64,000 nt of DNA. It comes from the human T2T-CHM13v2.0 reference genome, Homo sapiens. Of this stretch, positions 28,278-41,155 are shown piece after piece. The position numbers were made by a program, and so were the translations under genes. The notes under the pieces are model-generated. The model was not told the DNA's origin, made no database searches, and was given only the letters and a program-made list of their open reading frames with translations. The stretch lies in NCBI RefSeq assembly GCF_009914755.1, contig NC_060930.1; one strand, given 5' to 3'. Each line of letters starts with the position of its first letter. Within the stretch, counting starts at the first letter, position 1.

Positions 28278-30605
28278 TCATTTCCTTCTCCACATTCCTT
28301 CCTGGGATTACAGCCACCCTAAGCCACTGCTGTCCCCAACAGACCCGTGTCTCTAAGTATAACCATTAGTCTTTGTAATGTACGTTAAAATAGAACTGAT
28401 ATACCTTGGGTCAGAGAAGCTAAAATAACTGCTTTGATGAAACTGGAAAGGCACTGATGGTGTTCACTTGCACCATCAGGTCTGATGGAGGAAGTGTAGG
28501 ATGCCTTCAGATTGATGTTCCATCAAGTATACGTGGAAAGTTTCAGTATAACCGTTAGGACACTGTAAATGCTGTTCCCTCAGGCCCTACTGCCTCCTGC
28601 CAAGTCTCAGGTAAGACACAGCTACCTCCAGGAAGCATTTTTCTATTCAATTCTCCTTTTATTTTAGAAAATTTTGGACATACAGAAAAGTGGAAATACT
28701 ATAATGAACCGCCACATATCATTAATCAGTTTCAACACTATCAAGTCCAGTGTTTCCTTTCTCTGCCACTTCCACCTCCATTACTCTGAAGTAAATTCCA
28801 CACATATCACTTCATTCATAATTAAGTTATGTACCCCTCGAAGGTAAACTCTTTCCTTTTATTTACCAATTTGAAAATGAGTCTGTTCCCAAGTATCCTA
28901 TAAAGATGATTACTGAGTTTTTTTAAAGTATCATTTTGAACCCATTAAACATATCTGATGCAGTTAGCGTCCTTGTGGATGTTCAAACTGTCCATCTTTT
29001 GCAAGCAGGAGCCTTTTCATGTTGCTTGAGTTCTGACATGGCCCTAGTAATCCTTATCCTTAATCTTTGATATGACCATGTTCCCACATTATATGAACGT
29101 TTCCTGACCTAGTTCTGGAATCAACCACCTCTCCAAAGAGCCTGGAGTTCCTTTTAGAGAGAAATGGTACGTAGACACAATCAACATTATCTTCCTCCTA
29201 CGCCCAACATCTCAGTTCTCAGTAACACCAACATAATTACTCGTTTCCTTTCCCCCCAATACACACACAACCATCTCAAAATAAAAGCAACAGTCTAGTA
29301 ATAACATGTTTATTCAAAATACTAACACTGTTACATTCTTTTCATTCTCAGGGCATATTCTACTAGAGATGTACTGTCCTATGTTTTGAAGTCACCTGGA
29401 AGAGTTCTTAGTGTGGTTATATGACTACATCAAGAGTTTTTTACTTTTGATGATTAGGGACTGCTTTTTAAAACTTACTTTACTCCATAATCTTAAAATA
29501 CTCATACAGTTCCACAGTCACATTTACACTAACAAGGCATATTTGAAGTCCAGCTTTCATCCTTGATCCTGCTACTCTAGGCTCTCCTTTCTCCTAAAGA
29601 TAAGCATTTTCATTATGTATCATGTTTATCGTATAGGCATGAACACACGCGCGGCCCCTTCCAGGCAGTCTTCAGTGATGTCACGTGTTCCCATGGCACC
29701 TGTATTGTACTCTTATCAGTCATTATATGGACTTTAACTTCCCCAGATATTATTTGGGCTCCTCCATAAGACTGTGAGCATCTGACCACTGGAGTGTTGC
29801 TTCCCATTATATCCCTGTTATCAAGCACAAGGTCAGGCACAGAGTAAGACTCAAAACATGTTTTGGAATGTATGACTGGTATGAACTACAAACCAGTAAG
29901 CTGATGTTTTCATTTTGAGTCTATAAATCTAATTTTGTGGTGGTTTTGTGTATTGCTCAAGGCTCAAATTGTAAAATTTAATATTATGTGACCAAAGAAA
30001 GTTATACCCAGAACCTCAATTTCCTCACCTTCAAAATGGGGCAGTTTCTCACTCATTGGTCTGCTGTCACGATTTTAATGAGCTCATGCACAAACAGCCC
30101 TTTATATAAGGTAAGTGCTGGATAAATGTTGGCTACTATAATAAAATAAGCCTCTAAGATACTTGGTCAGCACAAGTACTACCCAAGAGTATGCACTGTA
30201 AGTAAACTGACAAAATTGTGTATCTAAAACTGGCCAGATGAAAGAGAAACTTTTAAGGGGCCCTTCTGCGTGCCCGACACTGTGCTAGGCACTCACACTA
30301 TCCCGACCCGAGAAACAGATCTGCGACCCAGAGGAACTTACCAAGCCTCCAGCATCTTGTGCAGCCCTACTCATGGGACCATCTGGATACCCACCCTTGT
30401 CTTTACAGGGAGCAGAACACACCTCTTATGTGTCAGAAAACAAAGTCCAGGAAGTATATTTTTACCTGAGGCAATATCTGAAAATTGTATGCTACAGCCT
30501 CCAAAGTGAGTCTTCCTCTCAGTACCTCTCTTCTAGGCACATGGAGCCCTTTCTTCCAAGCATTATGTTTAACCACTTAATGAATGAAGTCCTGAAACTG
30601 CTTAC

Positions 30606-30737
30606 CCATGCTCCCTATAATCTCTGAGTAATCTTCCTTTTCCACAACCTCAGGCATAATCTCATCTTCTGTTTCTATTACAATTTCAAATTCTGGAAAA
30701 AGGAAGTTGTGGTCTGGAATTATATGGTCCAGATGAT
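30606..30737 (-). CDS. PDCD2: PDCD2 exon 3
   Basis: ttcag|(D)[44 protein letters not shown]|gtaagc; 132 nt. Confidence 0.97.
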
Positions 30738-31054
30738 CTGAAACAAAAAGGACAGCACTATTAGTAATCATTTAGTTTTGAAGACAGTCTAATAATTTGC
30801 TGTCTCTAAAGTACTATATTCCCTATAGTTCTGGCATTTTAGATAAAGGGTCATAAATTAAATGCCTATATGGTGACATTATTCAGTGATTCAGACTTCA
30901 CAGCCTTTTTTTTTTTTTTACAAAGGTGTTCCAGGCATGAAAAATTTTTAAAGTACTATACCTTTCCTAATTTTACCTTTAAAGTTGTCCTGGAAATATC
31001 TGGGTTGACAAAGGCGATGAAACTGAACTGAGACTTAAAAAAAAGATTACCCAC

Positions 31055-31297
31055 CTGGTTGTGCACAAGCCTGCTTATGTCCCAATCTCCAGTCTAGGGT
31101 CTGATGCTCCTTGCTGCAGTAATATGCTTTGTGGCATCTGGAGCACGTTTTGGGGCCTAAACAGCCACAAACCCTGCAGAGATGAGCACCAGACTTAAGC
31201 TGGAGACACACTGATTCTCCTGTTTCTGGGGGAGGATTCTCAGAAGGTGGCTCATATGAGTAAAAATCGTTTTTCCTGGGTAGTTGATTCCTAAAAA
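31055..31297 (-). CDS. PDCD2: PDCD2 exon 2 (MYND zinc finger)
   Basis: tttag|(V)[17 protein letters not shown]...[44 protein letters not shown]|gtgggt; 243 nt. Confidence 0.97.
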
Positions 31298-31689
31298 CTA
31301 AAAAAGAATGCAGAGAAAAGTTTTATCTTCAAACAAAACAGCAATTCACATATTTTATCCTCTGCACGTAAAACTGAAAATACTCAACAACAACAAAAAA
31401 GAAATGAAAGTTTTTGCTTTCAGGAATAAGCTTTTAAAATCCAGAAACTAGATTTCGTCCGGTACACGCAACTGAGTTGCCTCCTAGAGGTGGTTTGAGT
31501 TAATCAAATTAATAAGACTGATCGTTAAGAACGACTGCCAAAAATACGAAAAAGCTACTGGGATCCATCTTTCCAAGACAATTTCTATTATCTGAATTAA
31601 CACCATACCTGGTACCCACTGATTAAAAGCTGGGGGTTACCAATGCGCGTGGGCACAGTTAGAAGCTTATGTAGCAAAAATGAGCACAT

Positions 31690-32480
31690 CCTGGAAGGGC
31701 CCGGGAGAAGGTGCTCCTGGGGCTGCGCGGAGAGGGAGCTCTGAGGCTGGGGCGGCAGCGGTGCTTGCCGCCGTCCCCCTGGTCGCTCCCGGAATTAACG
31801 CCGCGCACGCGTCGGAGGCATGGCCCCGTTCCGACCCCGTTTGGCGGCTCACCTCGCAGGCCGGCACAGCACGGCTGCTCGCGGCAGCAGAAGAGGAAGA
31901 TGCAGCGGTGGAAGGCGTCCGGGCGGCCAGGCAGCGGCGCATACACCTGCAGCAGGAAGGAGAGCGGGCGGCCGCACAGCTCGCAGGCCAGGGCCTGGGG
32001 CCCCGGCAGCCCGGCCGCGCCCAGCCATGCCGGCCGCCCGCCCACCTTGCTGGGGAACTGCTCGCTGCGCAGTCGCCACGCCGGCGCCGACTCGGCGAAG
32101 CCCAGCTCCACAGGCCTGGCCCCGGCGGCAGCCATGCGGGGCGCGGGCTGGCGTGGGGCGCAGCCCACAGCTGGGTCGGAAGGCGGAAATCGGGCGCCGG
32201 GCCGGAAGGCAAGAGGCGGGCACCTTTCCGGAGGACAGGAGGCGGAAACGCGTCTGACGGGAGCGGTTGCAGGACCAATGCGAGGGAACGGGGCAGAGGA
32301 AACCTCTCGGCATCAGCCCCGCCCCTGGCGCCTCTGCCTCCGAGCCGCTTTCCTGGTGCCTCCGGGTGCTCTGGGATGGTTCTGGTCTTTGGGAGAGTGG
32401 CAGCTGGTGACGGCGCTCCGCTCACCTCTGCACATGTCTTGCTGTGGGCCTGCGGGTGGCCGCCAGGGAGGCAGAGCCCT
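31690..32480. promoter_or_regulatory. PDCD2 CpG island and promoter
   Basis: Very CpG-rich. CCAAT at ~32275, GC box GCCCCGCCCC ~32316-32325, ETS CCGGAAG ~32202. Confidence 0.85.
31853..32135 (-). CDS. PDCD2: PDCD2 exon 1 coding part
   Basis: ATG 32135 [35 protein letters not shown]...PCCAGLR G|gtgagc; 283 nt. Total CDS 1035 nt = 344 aa + stop. Confidence 0.98.
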
Positions 32481-32604
32481 CCCTCAAACCTTCCCTGCTG
32501 GTGTCCACCTCAGGGTGTGGGAAACCTGTGCGCTGGCCGAGTGCTAACCAAGAGTAGGCAGTGAAAGACAAATGAAGGTTGAACAGGTAAAGTGAGGACC
32601 CTAC

Positions 32605-33196
32605 AGCGGAAACCAAGAATCCTGTGTGCCTGAGAGTAATGAAGAAGCCTCTGCAGAAGAGTCTTTTCTGTCAGTCTTAAGGTCTCTGTTTTAATGTTAG
32701 TGCTGGCTTGCTGTACCTGAATTCCAAGGGAGGAGTGTATAATGAGGCATGGCCAACCCCCACTTCCCATCATTGCCTGAACTAGTTTTTCAGGTTAACT
32801 TCAGAATGCCCTTGGGCAAGCAGAGGGTCCATCAGTCGGTTGGAGGGTTTAGAATTTTACTGTTGGTTTGCAAAGGTCTGAAAGAAACATGTACCACCTG
32901 TTCTCTTTAAGGAGTTCTACTTAGGAGGTTTCATTTACATAACAAGACCGTGGTTGTCAGCCAGGTCTCCACCCGCATAACCTGTTATGCCACAATCCAA
33001 ACCCCCATTCTGTAACCTCAAGATGGTATATAAGTTTCTGAACCCCATTTGGGGCTTCAGCAAAATCACTCTGGTTCTCCCCCATGTGCATGTTAATAAA
33101 TTTGTATGCCCTTTCTCCAATTAATGTGCCTTTTGTCAGTTGACTTTTCAGTGAACCTTCAGAGGACAAAAAGGAAGCTTTCCCTTGGCTACTACA
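32605..33196 (+). mobile_element. ERV1 (MER4-group-like) solo LTR
   Basis: TATA-like 'gtatataag' at ~33026, AATAAA at ~33095, typical end 'gaaccttcagag...ttcccttggctactaca'. Subfamily uncertain. Confidence 0.6.
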
Positions 33197-33269
33197 GTGG
33201 CTTTAATGGAAGTAAAGTCATCAACAACATTTATTTTTGACAAAATCACAGTTTAGTTGGCAGTATATT

Positions 33270-33793
33270 TGTTTGTTTTTGTTTTATTTGAGATGGAGTC
33301 TCGCTCTGTCGCCCAGGCTGGAGAGCAATGGTGCGATCTCGGCTCACTGCAACCTCCGCCTCCCGAGTTCAAGCATTCTCCTGCCTCAGCCTCCCGAGCA
33401 GCTGGGTAGCAGTATATTTGTAATGGTACATAAAATAATGTCTGTTTTTAAATAAACATTTACATTGTAAACCAAAAGTTAACTCTCCATCAATTTTTTT
33501 TTTTTCTTTTTTGAGATGGCATCTTGCTCTGTCACCCAGGCTGGAGGAGTGCAGTGGCATGATCTCGGCTCACTGCAACCTTCGCCTCCCAGGCAAGCGA
33601 TCCTCTTGCCTCAGCCTCCTGAGCAGCTGGAATTATAGGTGTGTGCCAATACAACCAGCTAATTTTCGTATCTTTGGTAGAGACAGAGTTTCACCATGTT
33701 GGCCAGGCTTGTCTCGAATTCCTGACCTCAGTTGATCTGTCCGTCTCAGCTTCCCAAAGTGCTGGGATTACAGGCATGAGCCACCACATCCGG
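33270..33793 (-). mobile_element. Partial Alu (~33270-33408) and full Alu (~33495-33793)
   Basis: Reverse-complement Alu bodies. Confidence 0.88.
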
Positions 33794-33799
33794 CATCCA

Positions 33800-34340
33800 T
33801 CAATTTAGAAAGTTTATTTCACCAAGATTAAGGTTGCACCCGTGACACAGCCTCAGAAGGCCCTGATGACCATGTGCCCTTGGTGGTCAGGGTACAGCTT
33901 GCTTTTATACATGTTAGGGAGACATGAGACATCAATCAGTATGTGTAAGATGTACTTTAGTCAGGTAAAGCGGGACTTGAGGTGAGGGCTTCCAGGTCAT
34001 GAGTAGATAAGAGGCAAAAGATCGCATTTTTTTGAGTCCTTGATCAGCCTTCCACTGAATACACAATTTAGTCTGGCTCAGTGAATTATCATTTTTAGGT
34101 AAACAATAGGGGAGGGGAAGCAATTAGATATGCATTTGTCTCAGGCGCACCTTAAAGGGATAACTTTGAGTTCTGTCTGTCCTTTATCCACAAGGAATTT
34201 CCTTGTGGGCAAATTTTAAGGGAGGTACGTAGCCTCTTATCTTGGCAGCTATCTTATTTAGGAATAGAATGGGAGGCAGGTTTGCCTGACATAGTTTCCA
34301 GCTTGACTTTACCCTTTGGTTTAGTGATTTTGTGGTCCTG
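33800..34340 (-). mobile_element. MER4-type ERV1 LTR
   Basis: Ends ...ccagcttgactttaccctttggtttagtgattttg...tttcctttcaca, the reverse complement of the MER4A start TGTGAAAGGAAAA. Confidence 0.75.
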
Positions 34341-34995
34341 AGTTTTATTTTCCTTTCACAGAAATTATACCGTAAAAGTAATTGAAGAAAATCACTTCTT
34401 TCCCCTTCCCTCAACTAGGCCTTGACCATTTTAAATAAAATCAGGATTTGCTGAAGGTCAACAAATTTAACCAAGTTCAGTTAAAACTTAACTCTGAATC
34501 TGTATGTCCCTGGGGTCTTTTCCAGTGAGAGATGTCTAAGCATCATTCCAAGCTTTTCTATACTAACTGGCCTATTTGTATGTTTCTTATTTTAGGATTC
34601 CTTTTGTTCATGTGTATTTTTATTAGGCAATCACCCATTTCCTGTAGGTTTCCAGGTTAATATATTTTTCTTATTGGAATTTTAATTTATCCTCTCTAGT
34701 TTTCTACATATTTTTTTTTTCTTTGAGACGAGGTCTCATATGTTGCCCCGGTTGGCCTCAAACTCCTGGGCTTAAGCAATCCTCCCACCTTGGCCTCCCA
34801 AAGTGCTGGGATTATAGGTGTGAATTACTGTACCCAGCCTAGAATCCTTAGTCCTATATACTTTTGCTGTTTTTTTCATTGCCAACTTGAAATAATAAAA
34901 AGGGTCAGAATCCTATAAACCAAAAATAAAATAAGGCCCCCCAACCCTCTGAATGGACTTCCTCCTCTGACACAGATCTTTTACAATTTAACCTG

Positions 34996-36844
<1,849 letters not shown>

Positions 36845-37169
36845 TTATCAATCTTTCTTAAATGTATAGCTCACATTTATTTCAATGTTTAAAATGAGAA
36901 ATATTTGGGGTCTTTATTTAGACGTTTGTTGATGTTTTTGTGACCAGAAATATGTTACAAGAACTTAACTCTTGTTTATATCAATCATCCCATGGCAAAT
37001 TGGTTTTATTACCAGTAGTGTTGCTTAAAGTCACAGTTTCCAAGAATCTATCCATGATAAATGAGGACTTACTGGACTTAATAGTACTGAATTGTACACA
37101 TAAAAATGGTTAAGATGATAAATTTTATGTTATGTGTATTTTACCACAATTTTTAAAAATGAAAAAAAG

Positions 37170-40100
37170 AAATCCTGGGGAATGATATGTTCAAAGAAGG
37201 CTTTGAAAAGCTCTGATATATTCCAGAAATCTAGACAGCTACACAGGGGCAGGGCTTTGTGCGTGGCCATGAAAGACCTGAGGCAGCTGTAATGTTTTAC
37301 ATTTGACTCTGGGGTTCTGTGCCATCAGAAAGTGAAGGCTAAAGCAGACTTGGACTGCCAGAGTGTTGAAGATGTGTCCCAGCACATACAAAGCCACTCT
37401 ACAAAGGCTGGGAGACATAGGTTCAAGGCATTTAAGGAAATCTCTATCTAATCATTAGCTGACCACTCAGCACACTAAGCAAAGACTGAAAGACACATGA
37501 CAAAGAATACAGACTTCATAGAATTAGTCAGGGAAAGTCACTAAAAAATTCAACAGCAACAACAACAAAACCCTTGAGAGGGAAGGGTCTGGCTTACAGT
37601 TACCACATCCTAGTCTTTAAAATATTCAGTTTTGAGCAAAAATATGAGATACACAAAGAAACAAAAGCCCATGCAGAGGAAATTCTGAGACCAGCTCGAT
37701 CGGGGAGACCCTAACCCAGTGGCACTAGGGGATATTAAAGACACACACACACACAAATATAGAGGTGTGAAGTGGGAAATCAGGGGTCTCACAGCCTTCA
37801 GTGCTGAGAGCTCCAAACAGAGATTTACCCACATATTTATTAACAGCAAGCCAGTCATTGGTATTGTTTCTATAGATATTAAGTTAACTAAAAGTATCCC
37901 TTATGGGAAACGAAGGGATGTGCCGAATTAAAGGAATAGGTTGGGCTAGTTAACTGCAACAGGAGCATGTCCTTAAGGCACAGATCGCTCATGCTATTGT
38001 TTGTGGCTTAAGAATGCCTTTAAGCAGTTTTCCGCCCTGGGCGGACCAGGTGTTCCTTGCCCTCATTCCGGTAAACCCAGAGCCTTCCAGCCTGGGTGTT
38101 ATGGCCATCAGGAACATGTCACAGTGCTGCAGAGATTTTGTTTATGGCCAGTTTTGGGGCCAGTTTATGGCCAGATTTTGGGGGGCTTGTTCCCAACAGG
38201 AAAATAAAGAAGTCAATGGAAATTCTCCATGAGGAGGCCCAGATGTTATCCTTCCTAGGCAAAGATTTTAAATTAGCTATTATAAATATGTTCAGAGAAC
38301 TAAAGGAAACCATTTCTAAAGACTAAAGGAATGTATAAGAATATCTCACCAAATAGAGAATACTAATGAAGAGATAAGAATTAGAAGAACCAAGTAAGAA
38401 ATGCTAGAGTTGAAAATTACAAAACTGAAATACAAAATTCGCTAGAGGCACTCAACAGCAGATTAGAGATTGCAAAAGAAAGAAACAGCAAACTTGATGA
38501 TAGGTACATTGAGATTACCCAATCAGAGGAGCAGAAAGAAAAAAGAATAAAGAGAAATGAACAGAGCCTTAGAAATCTGTGGGATACCATCAAACAAATC
38601 TGGAAGTCCCAGAGGAGAGAACAAGGGGGAAAAAAGGCAGAAAGGCTATTTGGAGAAATAATAGCCAAAATTTTCCATTAAGCTTTTCATTTGATTAAAA
38701 TTTATATATTTTAAAAAGTTTAAGTGTATCCTACTCATACTTTTTAAAGAGGTCCATACCTAGACACATCATAGTCAAACTGCCAAAAAAGAGAGAGAGA
38801 ATCCTGAAAGCACCAAGAGAAAAACAATTCATCTTGTATAAGAGATCATCAGTAAGATTAACAGCTGGCTTCTTGTAAAAAACTCACAGAGAACAAAATG
38901 CTGCAGAATGACATACTTGGGAAGGCAGTGGGGTGGAGAAGCATGCCAACTAAGAATTGTATATCCAGCTAAACTAGCCTTCAAAAACCAAAGAAGAAAA
39001 ATAAAAAAAAAATGAGATATTCCCAAATTAATAATAAACAAATAACACTGAGATAATCTGTCATTCATAGATCTGCCTTATGAGAAATACTAAAGGGCCT
39101 CCTCTTTCAGGCTGAAATAAAAGAACATTACACATAACTTGAATCTACAGAAGAAAAAAGAGCACGGTTAAAAGTAACTACATAGGTATATAAAAATGAT
39201 AGTATAAATGTATTTTTGTTTGCTTGTAACTCATTCTCTCTGATTTAAAGGACAACTGCAGGAAACAATACCAATAAAAATGTTTTGACAATGTTATATG
39301 AAAATTTAATTTGCATGATGGTAATACCACAAATAAGAGGGATGGGAATAGAGCTATATTGGAGTAAAGTTTTTGTGTATGATTTGAATTAAGTTGGTAT
39401 TAATCTGAACTAGATTGTTTTAAATTAAGATGATAACTGAAATTAAATGTTAATTGAAAGGCAGTCACTAAGAAAATAGAGTAAAAGAAACAAATAAATA
39501 AAATGGCACTTAAAAATATCTAACAGTAAAGAAAGCAATAATGGAGAGCAAAATGACTTGAAACATACAGAAAATAAAGAGCAAAATGACAGGCACAAAT
39601 CCTACCATATCAGTAATTAAATGTAAATGAATTAAACATTCTAATAAAAAAGGCAGAGATTGGCAAAATGGATTAAAACACAAAACACAGACAGAAACAG
39701 CAACCATTCTCCAATTATATGAGGAGACCTGCTTTACATTCAGGAAAACAAATAGGTTGAAAGAAAGGGGATGGAAATAAATATACTCTGCAAACAGTAC
39801 CCAAAGACAGCTGAAGTGGCTATATAAACACCAGACAAAATAGACTTTAATGCACGAATTATTAGAGACAAAGACATTTTATAATCAAAGGGTCAATGTA
39901 TCAGGAAGACATAACAATTATAAACATATATACCTCTGACAGTAGAGCACCAAAGTAAATGAAACAAAAACTAACTTAAAAAGAGAAATACACAGGTCAA
40001 CAATAAATGTTGGAGACTTTAATATCCCACTTTCAATAATGAACAGATCTAGGCAGAAGATCAACAAAAAATAGAAGACTTAACACTATGAACCAAATAG

Positions 40101-40645
40101 ACCTAGCAGACATCTGTATAATACTGCATCCAACAACTGCACAATATATATTCTTCAAATACACATGAAAGATTCTCTAGGATAGACCATGTGTTAGGCC
40201 CTAAAACAAGTCTCAATAAGTTTAAAAGGACTGAAGTCATACAAAGTATGTCTTCCAACCACAATAAAATGAAATTAGAAATCCATAAAAGAAGAAAATG
40301 TGAGAAATTCACAAATAAGTAGTAATGAAGTAATGAAACAAAATAACCTATGGGATAAAAAGGAAATCACAGGGGAAATTAGAAAATATGTAGAGATTAA
40401 TGAAAATACACCATGTCAAAATTTATGGGACACAGGACAGTGTTGAAAAGGAAATTTACAGCTGTAAACACCTATATTTAAAAAGAAAGATTTTAGTTCA
40501 ATAATCTAAACTTCTACCATTAGAAATGAAAAAGGAAATGCAAACAATCTAAATCAAGCAGAAAGTAGAAAATAGCAGAGATTAGGGTGGAAATAAATGG
40601 AAGACCCAAAAAACAGAGAAAGTAATAAAATCAAAAGTTGGTTAT
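37170..40645 (+). mobile_element. Old L1 (L1M) 5' part: degenerate ORF1 and ORF2 endonuclease region, interrupted by the MER9 solo LTR
   Basis: A-rich + strand. ORF1-like KDFKLAIINMFRELKE; EN-like 'ggagactttaatatcccactttcaataatg', 'atagaccatgtgttaggcc'. Confidence 0.8.
37683..38198 (-). mobile_element. MER9 solo LTR of HERV-K(HML-3)/HERVK9
   Basis: Reverse complement begins TGTTGGGAACAAGCCCCCCAAAATCTGGCCATAAACTGG. About 515 bp, with GGAAA duplicated at 37678-37682 and 38199-38203. Confidence 0.88.
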
Positions 40646-41155
40646 TGCCGAAACCAGCTTGGCTGGGGAGACCCTAACCCAGTGGCACTAGAGGAATTAA
40701 AGACACTCACACAGAATTATAGAGGTGTGGAGTGAGAAATCAGGGGTCTCACAGCCTTCAGAGCTGAAAGCCTCAAACAGATTTACCCACATATTTATTG
40801 ACAGCAAGCCAGTGATAAGCAGTGTGTCTATAGATTATAGATTAACTAAAAGTATTCCTTATGGGAAACAAAGGGATGGGCCGAAATAAAGGGATGGGTC
40901 TGGCTAGTTATCTGCAGCAGGAGCATGTCCTTAAGGGACAGATCGCTCATGCTATTTTTTGTGGTTTAAGAACACCTTTAAGTGGTTTTCCGCCCTGGGT
41001 GGTACAGGTGTTCCTTGCCCTCATTCCGATAAACCCACAATCTTCCAGCATGGGTGTCATGACCATCACAAACATGTCACAGTGCTGCAGAGATTTTGTT
41101 TATGGCCAGTTTTGCGGCCAATTTATGGCCAGATTTTGGGGGCCTAGTCCCAACG
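40646..41155 (-). mobile_element. MER9 3' LTR of the HML-3 provirus
   Basis: Second MER9 copy, preceded on the - strand by the PPT CAAAGAAGGGGGACA (41156-41170). Confidence 0.88.

Noticed and set aside
32136-32168. In-frame GTG-initiated 11-aa N-terminal extension of PDCD2
   Set aside because: Comes from the ORF caller allowing GTG. Nothing in the sequence alone supports its use; Ribo-seq would be needed.
32456-32474. CTCF-like TGGCCGCCAGGGAGGCAG
   Set aside because: One-base spacing mismatch to the core consensus; cannot be supported without ChIP data.
31659-32564. Long overlapping ORFs (294, 278, 252, 154 and 145 aa) over PDCD2 exon 1
   Set aside because: Stop-codon scarcity in a CpG island. 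They give low-complexity Arg/Pro/Ala/Gly peptides with no domain; only the 32135-31853 frame is the real exon.
37683-41155. Apparent LTR-internal-LTR provirus
   Set aside because: The intervening DNA is L1 on the opposite strand, and the left LTR has its own TSD.
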